Part shown: positions 26,341 to 42,215 of the stretch, piece after piece | Layout: the number at the start of each line of letters is the position of its first letter | Position numbering within the stretch: position 1 is the stretch's first letter | Assembly: GCA_963575745.1 (NCBI GenBank) | Contig: CAUYUJ010000180.1 | Location: forward strand, 1 to 64,000 | Direction: 5' to 3' | Length of the DNA: 64,000 bases | Source of the DNA: Prorocentrum cordatum | Taxonomy: Eukaryota | Program-made: the position numbers and the translations under genes | The notes under the pieces: generated by a model | The model's database searches: none | What the model was told of the DNA's origin: nothing | The model's input: only the letters and a program-made list of their open reading frames with translations

Positions 26341-26810
26341 CCCCTAGGATGGGGTCCAAGCAGGTGGGGGTCGGAGGATCCCGTGCTCCCCGTCCACGCC
26401 CCAGAGGGAGGAGGGAGGAGGGAGGAAGGATGAGGGAGGAAGGAGGAGGGAGGAAGGAGGAGGGAGGAGGGAGGAGGGAGGAGGGAGGAGGGAGGAGGGA
26501 GGAAGGAGGGGTCGACGACGATGACGACGACGACGACGACGGCGACGGTGACGGCGACGACGACGAAGAGGAAGCGCTTCGGAGACGCGGGGCGGCGGAG
26601 ATGCGCAATAAAGGCTGGAGGGTGGATGGGGGTATTTGGGTTCTTTCCTGTTCGGGCGTTGCTGTTGCACAGATTTTCCTCACACCGTCGCGCCGCAGCG
26701 CCGATGCATCGGCGATGCGGTTCGATGTGGGGCCCGATCTTCTTCATGCCGACGTCGCCGATGCGGTTCGATCCTTCGACCCCCACTTATTCGGATCCCA
26801 TTTTGGAGGC
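26341..26810. mobile_element. TIR element (~470 bp) with internal GGAGGGA/GAC microsatellites
   Basis: ggatggggtccaagcaggtgggggtcggaggatc (26346-26380) versus gatccttcgacccccacttattcggatcccat (26770-26801). Confidence 0.7.
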
Positions 26811-27014
26811 CTAGAGTAGTACAGCTGGCATGAGGGTGAGGAGCACCCCCAGCTCTCGAAGAGGTATCTTTACGTTCTTCGTGTTGAGGATCTCTGCCTT
26901 GGCATGCTCCTCGCTTCGGCTATTTCCTCAGTGCCTTGGTCCTTCGGCGAAGGCGCTCATGTTCTTATTAACTCACGCTCTTGTGGCCCTGGTTCATTCG
27001 TATTGCGCCAGGAA

Positions 27015-27225
27015 CTTTTGCTTAGCGTGTCGCGCCGCCAGTTCTGGCCCACCACGCTACGCTTCGGCGCGGCAGGCTAGCCGTCCTGGTCCCCAGGCGT
27101 CGATCCCTCGAGCTTTTCTAAGCCCCCCGTCCCGCGAGGCGGAGCGACAAGCTATGAGCTCGCAGGGCATAGCGTCTCGCCGGGGCCGCCACCGCGACGC
27201 GCGAAATAACAGTTCTTGACCGCAG
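27015..27225 (+). repeat. Dispersed repeat family C, copy 1
   Basis: gcgccgccagttctggccc..gcggagcgaca..gcagggca(t/c)agcg is shared with 46290-46510 and partly with 32490-32590. Confidence 0.75.
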
Positions 27226-28289
27226 CAGCAGCAGCCGCAGCAGCAGCAGCAGTAGCAGCAGCGGTTTCGGTAGTGGTGGCAGCGGTCGCCGCAGTGGCAG
27301 TCGTGAGTCTTGGTTTTGCGAAGGCCTTACTGCCAGTGCCGCCGACCCTGAAGAGGGACGACGACGATAATCGTGGCGGCGGCGACGACGACGACGCTGA
27401 CGTGGGCCAGGGGGATGCTTCTTGGGGTCTCTTCGAAAAACTCTCGGGGGCCTCTGGGGAGGAATTCTGTGGCCTCTTGGGAGGCTTCCAGGGGCAGTCT
27501 GGAGGGCGTGAACGGGGGGAGGCATCAGAGGGAAGGGGCTCCCCTTCGACTCGATTTCGCGACGCTGCTGGACTCGCCTCTCGCCGACAGGCTTTTTGGA
27601 GGAGGGTGCGGGGCAAGGGGACGACGGAGACGACGACCGACGGAGACGACGACCCGAACAAACGAGCCCCTCACGCACTCTAAAGTGAGCTGGGATACAG
27701 GCGAGAGGTAACGAGCGTGTGTCCGCGGCCGATTGTTCTCAAGCGGCCGGCCGCCCAGATCTGACTACACCTCAGCGCGAGGTGTACCATTTGCCATCGA
27801 GACCAAGATATCCTTTGCTTGAGATGGCTCGTCGCTCACGCGACGATCTCCCACTACTGGGACTATCGGTACTGCGGCACAACAGAGCTGGAGCTGGGCT
27901 TCGCCTAAGGCGAAGCTGCTGGTTGGGCCTCCCAACCCATTCCAAACTCACTCACGCCTCTCGCCGACAGGCTCGAGGAGGAGGAGGGTGCAGGGCAAGG
28001 GCGACCGACGGAGACGACGACCGACGGAGACGACGCCTCGAACAGACGAGCCCCCCAACGCACGCCCACGGGTCGACGGAAATTCTCCGGCGCTGCCCGC
28101 GGCAGCTCCTCCCAGCACGCCTGCCCCAAGGGGGCGCCCCTCCTGCGGCGGCGGCGCCTCGAGGGCCGCAGGGGCCGCCGCGGCGTGGTGCGGGCACGCG
28201 TCGCCTCTCCGCGGCAGGCAGAGCAGGGGGAGAGCCCGGCGGCACCCGAGGAAGATGCCGTTCGGGAGCCTCGAGACGGGGGTCAATGC

Positions 28290-28483
28290 TCGGGCCGAAC
28301 GAAAGGGGGGGATTTGGAAAGGGGGGGTTACGAAATCTGCTGCATGCAGCTGGTTTCGGCCTCACCGAGGGGCCCATTCCTCGATACATAGCCGCCTCTG
28401 GCGCCGGGAGGCGCCGGGAAAATCAGCTACGTGAGCTGATTCTCACCCCTCCCTTTGCTATCCCCTCCTTTCGCCCGACCCGA
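28290..28483. mobile_element. 194-bp TIR element flanked by a 17-bp direct repeat
   Basis: TIRs tcgggccgaacgaaagggggggat / atcccctcctttcgcccgacccga. gagacgggggtcaatgc at 28273-28289 and 28484-28500. Confidence 0.8.
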
Positions 28484-28706
28484 GAGACGGGGGTCAATGC
28501 AGACGGGGGTCAGCCAGGGCACCGGATCCTGCAGGATCCTGCGAAGAGCCCGTCTGGCTGAGCCGGGTTGGCGAGCCGCTCGTGGCCGCGAGGCGGCCGC
28601 GCCTATTGGCCGACCCAGGTTTGCGAAGACCTGCATTGCAGTTTTTTTTCCTGCATTGCAGTTTTTTGGTTTCCTGCTGACCCGGGTCTGGATTGACCCG
28701 GGTCAG
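28484..28706. mobile_element. Host TIR element with double 16-bp-unit termini
   Basis: gacgggggtcaatgcagacgggggtcagc versus the reverse complement of gctgacccgggtctggattgacccgggtc. Confidence 0.6.
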
Positions 28707-28740
28707 AAGATCCCCGATCCGTATTCAGCGTCGATCAGCG

Positions 28741-28892
28741 TCAAGTCGGGTTTGTCCCTCTACAGGAGGAATCTTCAGAAATGGTAAAAACAAAATAGTC
28801 TGGGGACGGTTGTTTGGACTATTTTTGGGCATTTGTGGGATATGTTTATTTTTCGTCCAACATCCGCCTGTAGGGGGGCATGCCCGACCTAA
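28741..28892. mobile_element. MITE with 8-bp TSD (same family as 11697-12066, empty copy)
   Basis: TIR gtcgggtttgtccctctacagg / cctgtaggggggcatgcccgac. Shared internal aaatagtctggggacg. Flanks gatcagcg / gattagcg. Confidence 0.8.
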
Positions 28893-29012
28893 GATTAGCG
28901 TCGATTAGCGTCTGGGAGTCGATGAGGTGATGGCGCCGATGTAGCGTCGGTTAGCGTCGATTAGCGTCGATCTATCGTCGGTTAGCGTCGACTTAGCGTC
29001 GACTGGCGTCGA
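28893..29012. repeat. 10-bp minisatellite (ttagcgtcga)
   Basis: Direct reading. Confidence 0.85.
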
Positions 29013-29727
29013 TGCGCAAGAGCCGACAAGATGGTATGGGAGGCTCCCGTGAGTTGCCACCGAACACCTCTCGTTTCAATCTTTGCAGTGGGGGGTCGTC
29101 GAGGCCCCTCAGGGGCTGCCGTGGGCTCCCGTCGGGCCAGCCTGGGGCTCTCTTGGCTCTTTTTGGATCGTCTTGGTGCTGTCTTGGGCCACTTTTTGGG
29201 CTCCCCTCGGCCGTCTGGGAGGGTCTCTCAGGGCTGTCGTGGGCGCCGTCTTTGAGGGCCTCTTGGAGCCATCTCGATCCGAGAGGCCCATGGACTCAAA
29301 TAGGCAAACGTACTGTGGATTCTCTTGGATGCTTGAGAGTGGTGTTTGTCTTCCTGGCGGGCCTCCCGGCCTCCGCTTTGGTGAATTATGGAGGCTTCTC
29401 GGGGCCTCGATGGCGGAGTGTCTCCTGAGACCAAGGTTGGGCCACCTCGGCGGCCGTGCTGGAGCTCCTGGGCCGCTTTCGGAAACCTCGGAGAGCCCTG
29501 TGAGCCGCCCAGACAGTCGTCGTCGTCGTCGTCGTCGTCGTCGGAGGGGGAGGAGGAGGAGGAGGAGGAGGAGGAGGAGGAGGAGGAGGAGGAGGAGAAT
29601 CAATAATCGAGAATCGAGGAGTGAACGACGACGACGACGATCTATGAAGGGGGGGATGCCCGCAGAAGTTTGCGAAGGGGGGGGTTATAAGACCTGCAGA
29701 ACCTCTACCAGACAGCACCTGGCATCC

Positions 29728-29926
29728 TGCAGGGAGGCCGGAAAAAGTGGCCGGGGTCGGCCCTTCCACTCTTTCCACCCCTGGCCAGCTTTCCTTTACT
29801 TCTTCCAGCCCTGGTGACCTCACCCCAACTTCTTCGTGCTCGTCGCAGCCCTTGCTGTTTTTTTCCGACCCTGGCCACTTCCATTTTGACGAAATTCCCA
29901 ATTTCCGCTCTTTCCAGCCTCCCTGT
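29728..29926. mobile_element. Possible TIR element with CAGGG termini
   Basis: cagggaggccggaaa versus tttccagcctccctg, plus an internal IR aagtggccggggtcgg / ccgaccctggccactt. No TSD seen. Confidence 0.5.
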
Positions 29927-30879
29927 ACCACGGCTCAATGTGCCAGGGGAGCACGGCGGCGTCGCAGCAAGAGTTCGTAGTAACAGTTGCGTCGGCAGCC
30001 ATCGCAGTCGTGGTCGTGCTAATGGTCGCGGTCTTGGCCGCTGTCGTCGTCGTAGTTCTTGCCGTGATCGCAGTCGAGCTCGTCGCCGGCGTCGCCGCCG
30101 TCGCGGCCGCTGTCGCAGTTCTAAGGCCGGGGGCGGGGGCTCGGCGCACGGAGCCGTTTTTTGCTCGCCGCAGCGCGCTGCCTCTCCGGGGGGCCGAGGC
30201 ACTCGTGACAGGAGGGCGACGGCTGGCATGGGTAGGGGCCGTCCTCCTCCTCCTCCTCCTCCTCCTCCTCCTCCTCCTCCTCCTCCTTGGGACTCGCCCT
30301 CTTGTACGTTCTCTCCTCCTCCTCCTCCTCCTTCTCCTCCTCCTCCTCCTCCTCCTCCTCCTCCTCCTCCTCAACCTCCTTTCTAGACGTTGCGCAAACT
30401 TAGGGCGGCAGCCTGGAGCGTTACTGGGTGAAATAAAAAACGCCGACTGAGCGGAGCGACGAGCAGCATAACCTGGCGGGCGCAGCAGGCTAGGAAGGGC
30501 AGAAAGAACCGAAACGAAGAGGGCCTTAGAGTATGCGCCCGCCAGGCGGTAAGTCGACTGCTGTAACGCCTGGTGTTACTTGGGTACCCCCCCACAGCTA
30601 CTGATCGCCTCCCAATCTATGAGTAAGAACCTCCCAATCCTTGTTGGTCCAGGCGAGCAGTTCGGTCAACATATGCAAGACAGGCTATGCTAGAGGGGCA
30701 AGAGAGAGCAGCAACAGTAGCGTAGAGAAGCGAGTGGTGGCTGATTGCTAGAGTGGCAAAAATGAGGGTGTACAGATGTTGATTTTTCGGTTCCTCGGTG
30801 GAGACCCCTTCACCGTTTCAGTTCCTAGGGGGGGTGTGCCCCCCGTCACTGGCCACTAGTGTGGCTTTTATCCTCCCTA

Positions 30880-31400
30880 GGTACAGCGCACCTGCCAGGT
30901 AAGAGAAAAGTGCGGGCCGAGGCACCTGCAGCAGGCTTCAGGTACGTACCCTTCCCCACAAGCTCTCCCAGTACCGCCTCCAGTGATGCCTCCCAGTCCC
31001 CCTTCGCTTAAGGCTTGCCATACTGGACTGGCTGGCCTGTGCGGCAGATCAGTGTGGACTGATACTGGTGCAAGTGGCTGGCACAGAGCGTACTCGCTGG
31101 CCAAGGTGTTTTGAGTAATGTAATGCCTGCTGACTGGCTGAAGGGAGTGCTGCATACGGGGCGTACTGTGGTCGGTAGTCGACACTGGGAGTGTCCTGAA
31201 ATCACTCCCCTACCGAAGTGCCAGCATGTAATCGACGTATTAACAGCTGAGAGTAGAGGCTGGCATACATCATGGTGTTCTTGGCAAGTGGGCCAGAGTG
31301 TGGCCGAGGAGAGTGTAAGTGCTGGCACCTCGAAAGCGAAAGAGGTCATGTGGCAGGTGCGCCGGCCTGACCCGTCCACACTTCACGAGTTCCTCCCTGG
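30880..31400 (-). mobile_element. Possible degraded non-LTR retrotransposon fragment (region C-terminal to RT, zinc-knuckle-like)
   Basis: Translations WHFGRGVISG.. and GGLGGITGGG..GYVPEACCRCLGPHFSLTW loosely resemble the C-terminal Cys/His knuckle region of LINE ORF2. No RT core was seen. Confidence 0.33.
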
Positions 31401-32604
31401 GTCCGCAGTCTCCGTGGAACAGCGTGGGCTGGGCGAGGAGCTCACGCAAGGACTGCGGGCAACCGGCGGGGGCGGGCACCACTTTCCGCTCGAGCCCACA
31501 GGCGCAGGCTCCAGCCGCAAAGGCTCCAAGACCGGCTGCTGCTGGAGAGGAGGCAGAGGGTGCAGGCGTCGACGTGGACACAGGCGAAATGGGCGAGGCG
31601 GACGTGCGGGCAACCCTGGACGCCGCAGGTATACAAGTCGACGAGTCGGAGGCAGTGGGACCTTCGAGGCACTTCGCGAATGCTTCCAAGAAGTTCCAGT
31701 CCTCGTGCCTCGGGACCTGCGAGAAACTCCGCACAACATATATCAGCAGCTCTCACACATATGGTTTTCATTCTGCTGGTCATCATAGCGAATGTTCCTT
31801 GCAATTCCTTTCGCGGCGGGGGAAACGCTGCTACTTTGCCTTCTTCAATGGAGGGCTACCTCCAGTGCTTCACCATTTGTCTCTTGGTATGATGCAGTTT
31901 TGGGCATTCTCAGGCTGCCCCCAGTGCCGCTCGCACCGTTCGGTGAGGAACCCTTGGGGGCGCCCCTCCAGGTGCGCGATCCGCGGTGGAAAGCCCTGGG
32001 GGCCCTCGTGCAACGAGCTCTCCTCCTTCTCCTTCTCCTTCTTCTTCTTCTCCTTCTCCTTCCCTCTCCCCCTCCCCTTGCCATTGCCCTTCCCCTTCTC
32101 CTTCTCTTTCCCCTTCCCTTTCCCCTTCCCCTTCTCCCTCTCCTTCTCCTCCTCCTCCTCCTCTTTCGCCTGCGCCTGAATGCTTCCTTAGGTGTGAATC
32201 TGGCTGCGGGCACTGCAGTCCCAGGCGAAGCCACGGGCTCCGTGAGGTTCGCTCGCTCGTCTTCTCCCCGGACCCCCGATGCCGTGATCTTTTCCCGACG
32301 TGGACCTGCCCGAGACACTCACAGACCTCGACGTGCACCCCCGGAGGCCTCGCTCCCCTCCGCGTGCAGGCCCTGCACCTCGAGCCAGTGCCGCCCCGCC
32401 GGCTCGGGCCCACCGCGCCCTCGGCGCGATGCGCTGTCGCCCCCGAGCCGTCCACGTCCACGTCCCCCTTCGGGCCCCCGGCGTCCACGTCCCGAGCCAA
32501 TCCCCACCTCCCGCCCGCGGAGCGGAGCGACACCCCGTCCGCTCGCAGGGCACAGCGCGTCGCCGGGGCCGCCGCGGCGCGCCGAGCGATTCCCGACCGC
32601 ATCG

Positions 32605-35185
<2,581 letters not shown>

Positions 35186-35897
35186 AACTCCTGCCCCCCT
35201 GTCCCTCCTCACCCTCCGTGTCCTCTTCTTCCTGTGCAGATGCTGAATATGAGTGCTGCTTTCCTCTCTCCCCCGACTGCGCCCCCCGTTTTTTTTTTTT
35301 GGGGGGGGGGGGCGGCATGCGTAGAATTTCATGGTTTGGTTTTGCCTAGCTGGTTTCTCCAGTCGGAGCGTTCTCTGAGTTTCAAAACGGTGCTCCCGGT
35401 GCTGCGTGGCCCTCATTTCAACATCGGCACTTTGCCCCCGTCGTTCAGAATGGCGTCTCGCCGTGGCGGGGGACACTTTTTTGATCTTCCTCGTCGTTGT
35501 CACGCCGCTTCTTTCCTATCCTCCGCCTTCCCTGGTCATCCCGCTCATCCCTGTCCTGCCACTGCTGCTGCTGTTCTTCCTCGTCATCCTTTTACAGATC
35601 CTCCTATTCTTCCTGCTCGTCCCCCTGCTCATCCGCTACTTCGTTCCCCAATGTACGCAGCTCCCTTTTTTCCTGATTGTGCATGACACGATCAATCTTT
35701 TTGGGAGTTCCAGGTCCGCTATGTCACCCTTTGGCGGATCGATGAGAATCAGCGCAATAGGAAGAGATGGGTGGGAGGGGTCGGATGGCAGATATGGCGC
35801 GAGCGCGCCTAGCTTGCTTCCCTCCCTTCGCTCCTCAGTCCGCGCTCCTCCATTCCCCCTCCCTTCTTCCCTTCGCCCTCCTTGCCTATTTAACCAC

Positions 35898-35908
35898 CTA
35901 TATATTCT

Positions 35909-35942
<34 letters not shown>

Positions 35943-35968
35943 ATATATAATATATATATATATATATT
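35898..35968. repeat. (TA)n microsatellite
   Basis: Direct reading; a second TA tract lies at 38175-38240. Confidence 0.93.
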
Positions 35969-35969
35969 T

Positions 35970-36700
35970 TACAAGGCCGGGGACCCCGGAAAAGCGCACA
36001 CGGTGCCCCCCCCCCCCCCCCAAACGAATTTCGGCCTCCCCGAGCTTTTGGGGCGCTCCTGCAGAGTGCTCCGTGTCTGTCCTGCGAGTGCGACGCGAAA
36101 AAAAAAACCCACGACGGCCAAAGAGGGCCCCGAGACACCCAAAGATCGGCCCAAGCCGCCCAATCTGGGCCCAAGACTGCCCAAGACGCGTCCAAGACGC
36201 CCCCAGAGACCCCCAAGAGGCCTCCCAAGAGAGCCCCGAGAGGCTACAATTGTTGATTTTCCTGTGTGTTTTTCGATGTTTTTGGCCTTCTCGCTTTTCC
36301 CGCTTCCCAGCGCTCCACAATGGCCCAAGAGGCTCCCTAGATCGCCCCAATACTGCCCAAGAGGCCCCCAAGAAGGCCCCAACACGGTCCAGGAGGGCTC
36401 CGAGACCGCCCAAGAGGCGCCCAAGACGGCCCAAGAGAGCACCAAGACGGCCCCAAGAGAGATCCAAGAGGGCGCCCAAAAATTCAAAAACTAAATTTTC
36501 CGCCGCGAGAGGGCCCCAAGACGCCCGGAGAGAGCCCCATGAGGCCCCAAGAGGCTCCCAAGAGGCCCCAAGGAGCCCCCAAGAGGCCCCCAAGAGGCCC
36601 CAAAAAGATCCCAATAACCCCAAAACACCCCCAAGAGGCTTCAAAACTGCCTCCCAGAGGGCCCCGAGAGGCGCACCACGAGATCCCAACACAGCGGTCT
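35970..36700 (+). repeat. GCCCCAAGA-rich satellite-like dispersed repeat
   Basis: ~10-11-bp ggccccaaga units. Reverse-oriented relatives occur at ~29100-29500 and ~47040-47210. Confidence 0.8.
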
Positions 36701-38561
36701 CCCCCTCTCATTCTCCCTTTTTCTTTGTCGTCGCCTTCGTCGTCGTCGTCGTCGTTGTCGTATCAAATGGCGCAGCGAGGCCATTTCTCGTTCAAACCAC
36801 CGAAGGACCCAAGAGCTCCTCCTCCTCTTCCTCATTCTCTTCCTCCTCTACCTCCTCCTCCTCCTTCTCCTAATCCCCCGTGATGTTTCACGTTCCGCCC
36901 CGCCAAAGGTCTGGCAGAAGCAGCTCTCCTCACTCTCCCAAGTCTCTGCTGCGGATCTCTGCCGCGACACCTCGGCTGTACCCCAGATATCCACATGATC
37001 TGTCCTCTTCATCCTCTTCCTCCTCTTCATCCTCCTCCTCTTCCTCCTCCTCCTTCTCCTTATCCTCTTCATGTTCCTCCTCCCGCCTCGACTGAGCTTC
37101 TCGCAACACTCAATACAAACCGTCGGGGCCGCGACGCCATTTCACCCGGGCGCGCTGTTGGCGCCCTTGCCTACCTGCCCGGAGAGGGCCAGCCGAATCC
37201 GAGGAGCACCTGGGGGATTTCAAAACCTGCGCCGCCTCTTGCACTACCTTCGGGCCCCCTTGGCGGCTTGGGAAAAACCGTTCCTAATTCGGGGGGGTTC
37301 TCTCACCCTTTGCCGCTTGACTCGCGGAGAGGCCGAGCGGCGCCGCGCCGCGCCGCCAGGGATGGGGAGAACGGGCAAAAAAGAAGCGGGGGGGGGAGAG
37401 GAAGAGGAGGAGGGACAGGGGGGGGAGGAGGAGGGGGGGGGGGGGGGAAGAGGAGGAAAGGAAAAGGGGAAGGAGGAAGAGGAGATAACGGAAAGTAGTC
37501 TAACCCGCTTCGCCAGAGATATGCTCGCAATTCCGACCTCAGAAGCGCCTTGCTTCGCATCGGTCCCGCCGTTTTCGCTTGGGACATCATCGCAGCTCTG
37601 GGGCCCGAGACGCTCTCAGTTGAGGTGTTCCAGCCGCTGTCGCCTGAGACACTCTCGCGAGTCTCACCTCGGAGGTGCCTTGCACCGTGGTGGTTCGGCC
37701 ACTTTCGCGTGCGATTTCTCGCAACTCTACGTTCAAGGATGCCCTGAGCAGAAGTGTTCAGACCACTCCTCGCTTGAAACTTCCTCGCGCGGCTGACTTC
37801 GGATATGCCCTCCCCTGAGCGGGGGTGTTCAGGCCATTTTCACCCGGGACGTCCTCGCAACACTGACCTCGGCGACGCATTGTCCCATGGTAGTCTGACC
37901 ACGTTTGCCTGAGGCCCTCGCGCTTTTTAGTGGCGCGATGATATGAGCAACTGGTCAGGCCACCGCCGCCTGATATACGCATGTGTATGCGCGCGCATAC
38001 TTACACTGACCATTTGCTTACGCATGTACATATCCATGCAAACGTATAACATATGTACACATGTACTATGCATTCATAGACGCATGTGTGTGCGCATGTG
38101 CGCACGTTCGCACCCCGGTAGCGTGCGAATTCCAAAGGACCAAGGTGCATGGCGCGCAGCGCCAATGCAGTCTTGTATATATATATATTTATATATATTT
38201 AATACATATATATATATATATATTATATATATATATATAAATGTTTTTGTTTACGGCATTTGAATTAGTACACGCGTGTGCAAATGTACATTTGTCCTCG
38301 TCGACCTCTTCGTGGTCGTCGTCTTCGTCCTTGTCGTCGTCGCCGTCGGCCGCCCTTTCCATTCGTAGCTGCGTTGGCTCAAACACAGCGGCATATTGTG
38401 AATCGGTGCGCGTGTCCTGCGCTTCCGTGCACTTACCCCCCTCTTTCTCCCCTTTCCTTCGTCGTCGTCGTCGTCCTTGTCGTCGTCTCCGTCGTCGCCC
38501 TCCTCCTTCCCTTCTCTTTTATTTTCTCCACATCCTCCTCGTTCTCCTCGTCCTCTGTATC

Positions 38562-38602
<41 letters not shown>

Positions 38603-39029
38603 TCTCCTCCTCCTGCTCCTCCTACTCCTTCCCACGTCCACTGGCCCCCAAGGCCCTTCAGACCTTCCATCAAACCCATCGGGTTTTCTGGACCCCCCCA
38701 TCAGGGACGCCCTAGAACCCATTCAAACCCTCTTTCTCCCCTTCTTCCTCTTTCTACCCTCCTCCTCCTTTTTCTGCTCCTTTTTCTCCTCCTCCTCCTC
38801 CTCCTCCTCCTCCTCCCCCTCCTCCTCCCCGCCCCCTCGTTGCCGCCCTTCCCCGCCGCCCTCTTGCGCCCACTCCTCGACGACGACGAGCGCACGACGA
38901 CGGCGGCAACGGCGTTGGCGGCAACGGCAGCGGCGACGGCGACGGCGTCGGCGACGTCGTCGAAGACGGCGGCGGCGGCGGCAGTTGCGAAGGGGCCGAC
39001 GATGACGGCGGCACGGCGGCGGAACTAAG

Positions 39030-39945
39030 GCGACGACGACGACGGCAGCGGCGGCGGTGGCGCCAGCGACGGCCACGACGACGACGACGACGATGGCAAC
39101 GGCGAGAAAGAGGAGGGTGAGGAGGGGGATTACGACGACGATGATGCTGATGATGCTGATTTTGGTTGTGACGATGATGATGATGGTGATGATGATGGTG
39201 ATGCTGATGATGATGATGATGATGGTGATGGTGAATCTGCAGATGATGATGGTGGTGGTGGTGGTGATGAGGGTGGTGGTGTTGGTGGTGATTGTGATGA
39301 TGGTGCTGATGATGATGCCGACGATGATGATGATGCTGCTGATGCTGATGATGATGATGATGATGATGCGGATGATGATGATGATACTGACGAGAATGAT
39401 GCCGACACTACTAATGATGATGGTGGCGGTGGTGGTGATGATGATGCTGCTGCTGCTGCTCATAACGATGACGATTTTGATGACGACGCTGATGGTGATG
39501 ACGATGGGGATGAAGATGAGGACGAGCATGAGCACGACGACGGCGATGACGATGACTATGACGATGATGATGATGCTGCTGAAGATGACTATGATGAGGC
39601 TGATGACAATAATGATGCTGCTCATGGTGATGCTGAGGATGATGCTGATGATGGTGATGATGCTATATGCTGATGGTGATGATGATGCTGGCCATGATGG
39701 TGATGGTGATGCTGACGATGATACTGATGCTGATTATGTTGATGAGGATGATGATGACGATTCTGCTGATGATGATGCTGATGCTGATGATGCTGATGAT
39801 GAGGAGGCTGCTGCTTATGACGCTGATCATGATCATGACGATGATGACGATGGTGATGCTGATGATGGTGGTGGTGGTGGTGATGTCGGTGATGATGATG
39901 ATGATGCTCATGCTGATGCCTCATGATGGTGGTGGTGATGATGAA

Positions 39946-39976
<31 letters not shown>

Positions 39977-40093
39977 CTGTTGTTGATGATCATGATGATG
40001 CTGATGATGGGGATGGTGGTGGTGGTGGTGATGATGCTGCTGCTGATGATGATGAGGATGATGCTGCTGATGATGATGATGAGGATGAGGATG

Positions 40094-40131
<38 letters not shown>

Positions 40132-40246
40132 AATGCTGATGATGATGATGATGATGATGTGATGATGATGATGATGATGCTGATGACGATGACGATTGAT
40201 GATGATGATGATGATGATGATGATTGATGATGTGATGATGATGATG

Positions 40247-40306
<60 letters not shown>

Positions 40307-40465
40307 TGATGGTTGTGATGATGATTAATGAGGAGGAGGAGGAAGAGGAGGAGGAGGAGGAGGAGGAGGAGGAGGAGGAGGAGGAGGATGAGAAGGATAA
40401 TAAGAAGGAGAAGGAGGAGAAGGAGGAGTAGGAGGAAGAGTAGAAGGAGAAGGAGGAGGAGGAGT
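39030..40465. repeat. (GAT)n/(GGA)n degenerate microsatellite
   Basis: Direct reading. Confidence 0.95.
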
Positions 40466-41155
40466 TGCCTCCAGGAACCCCCAGGAGTCCCTGGGAGCGA
40501 CCGAGCGCCGTCGAGGACCGTCGACGGCAGGAATCGCAAGATCCCGACGACGATGCGATACCGACCAGCGAACATCTGTCCTCGAACCTCTGGGGGGTCG
40601 CCGGCGGCGGCGGCGGCCGGCGGGCGCGGGAGGCGACGGCGTGGCCGCGCTCGGCTGGACCCGCGCTCCGACTGGCGCCGCGCCCCCCGCCCTCGGGGTG
40701 GCCGCGGCCGCCGCCGCCACTGTGGGATCCTCGGGGCGCCCCGCTCTCGGAGGGCCCTCGGGCGGCCCCTCGGAAGCGTTTTTTTTTGGGGGGGGGACCG
40801 TCGGGCGGCCCCCGGAAGCGTTTTTTTTGGGGGGGTCCTCGGGGGGCCCTCGGGGAGCCTCGGGGGGGGGGCCCTCGCGGGGTCCTCGAGGGCCCTCGGA
40901 GCTCCTCGAGGGGGGGGGGGGGAGGGGTCCTCAGGGGCCCTCGGGCGTCCTCTGGGGTCCTGGCAGGTGGTCCTCGTGGGCGGAGGCCGGGGGGCTTTTG
41001 AATAAGGGAACGCAAGGCAGGAGAGGGAGGGAGGGGGGGAGAGGGAGGCACCCATGTAAGGGGAAAACCGACTCGGGTGAGCTGGCTCGAAGGCGCTTCG
41101 CGGTGCACCCACTGCGGGAGCCGAAGCCGACGCTGAAGTGCACAGAAAGTCACCA

Positions 41156-41313
41156 CCCACCAAACCACCCCAACCCAACCCGAAGGCCCCCCCAAACCCT
41201 CCATTCCCAGTGGTGGGGGCGTCGGGGAACATGTAACAAAAGCACAAATGTAACCCGGTTCCCCCCCAACCCGAAATTCGGGTCTCCATGTGTGGTAGGG
41301 GTGGTTTGGTAGG
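41156..41313. mobile_element. ~158-bp MITE-like element
   Basis: cccaccaaaccaccccaacc versus ggtaggggtggtttggtagg (18/20 inverted match). TSD unclear. Confidence 0.55.
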
Positions 41314-41544
41314 CAGTCAAATGGAGAGGGCCCACCCTGCAGGTTTCGTTGACAGCACATCGCTGGGCGGTGCTGCAGCCTCCCCTGAGCACAGCCCCCT
41401 CCCAGGGCATCAGCCGTACAATCGGGTTTGCACCCTCATGCCTTTCTGGACTTTGGGCGCGTTTCGGCACTGCCACTGCCGCCGCCCCGCCGACCCAGGT
41501 GACGGCGACAGCGACAGTGGCAGTGATGGGGGCAGGAGGAAGGT

Positions 41545-42214
<670 letters not shown>

Positions 42215-42215
<1 letters not shown>

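Noticed and set aside
31319..32179. 286-aa + strand ORF as a gene
   Set aside because: Only a short acidic stretch looks protein-like, the 3' part is a pyrimidine repeat, and it overlaps a putative minus-strand remnant.
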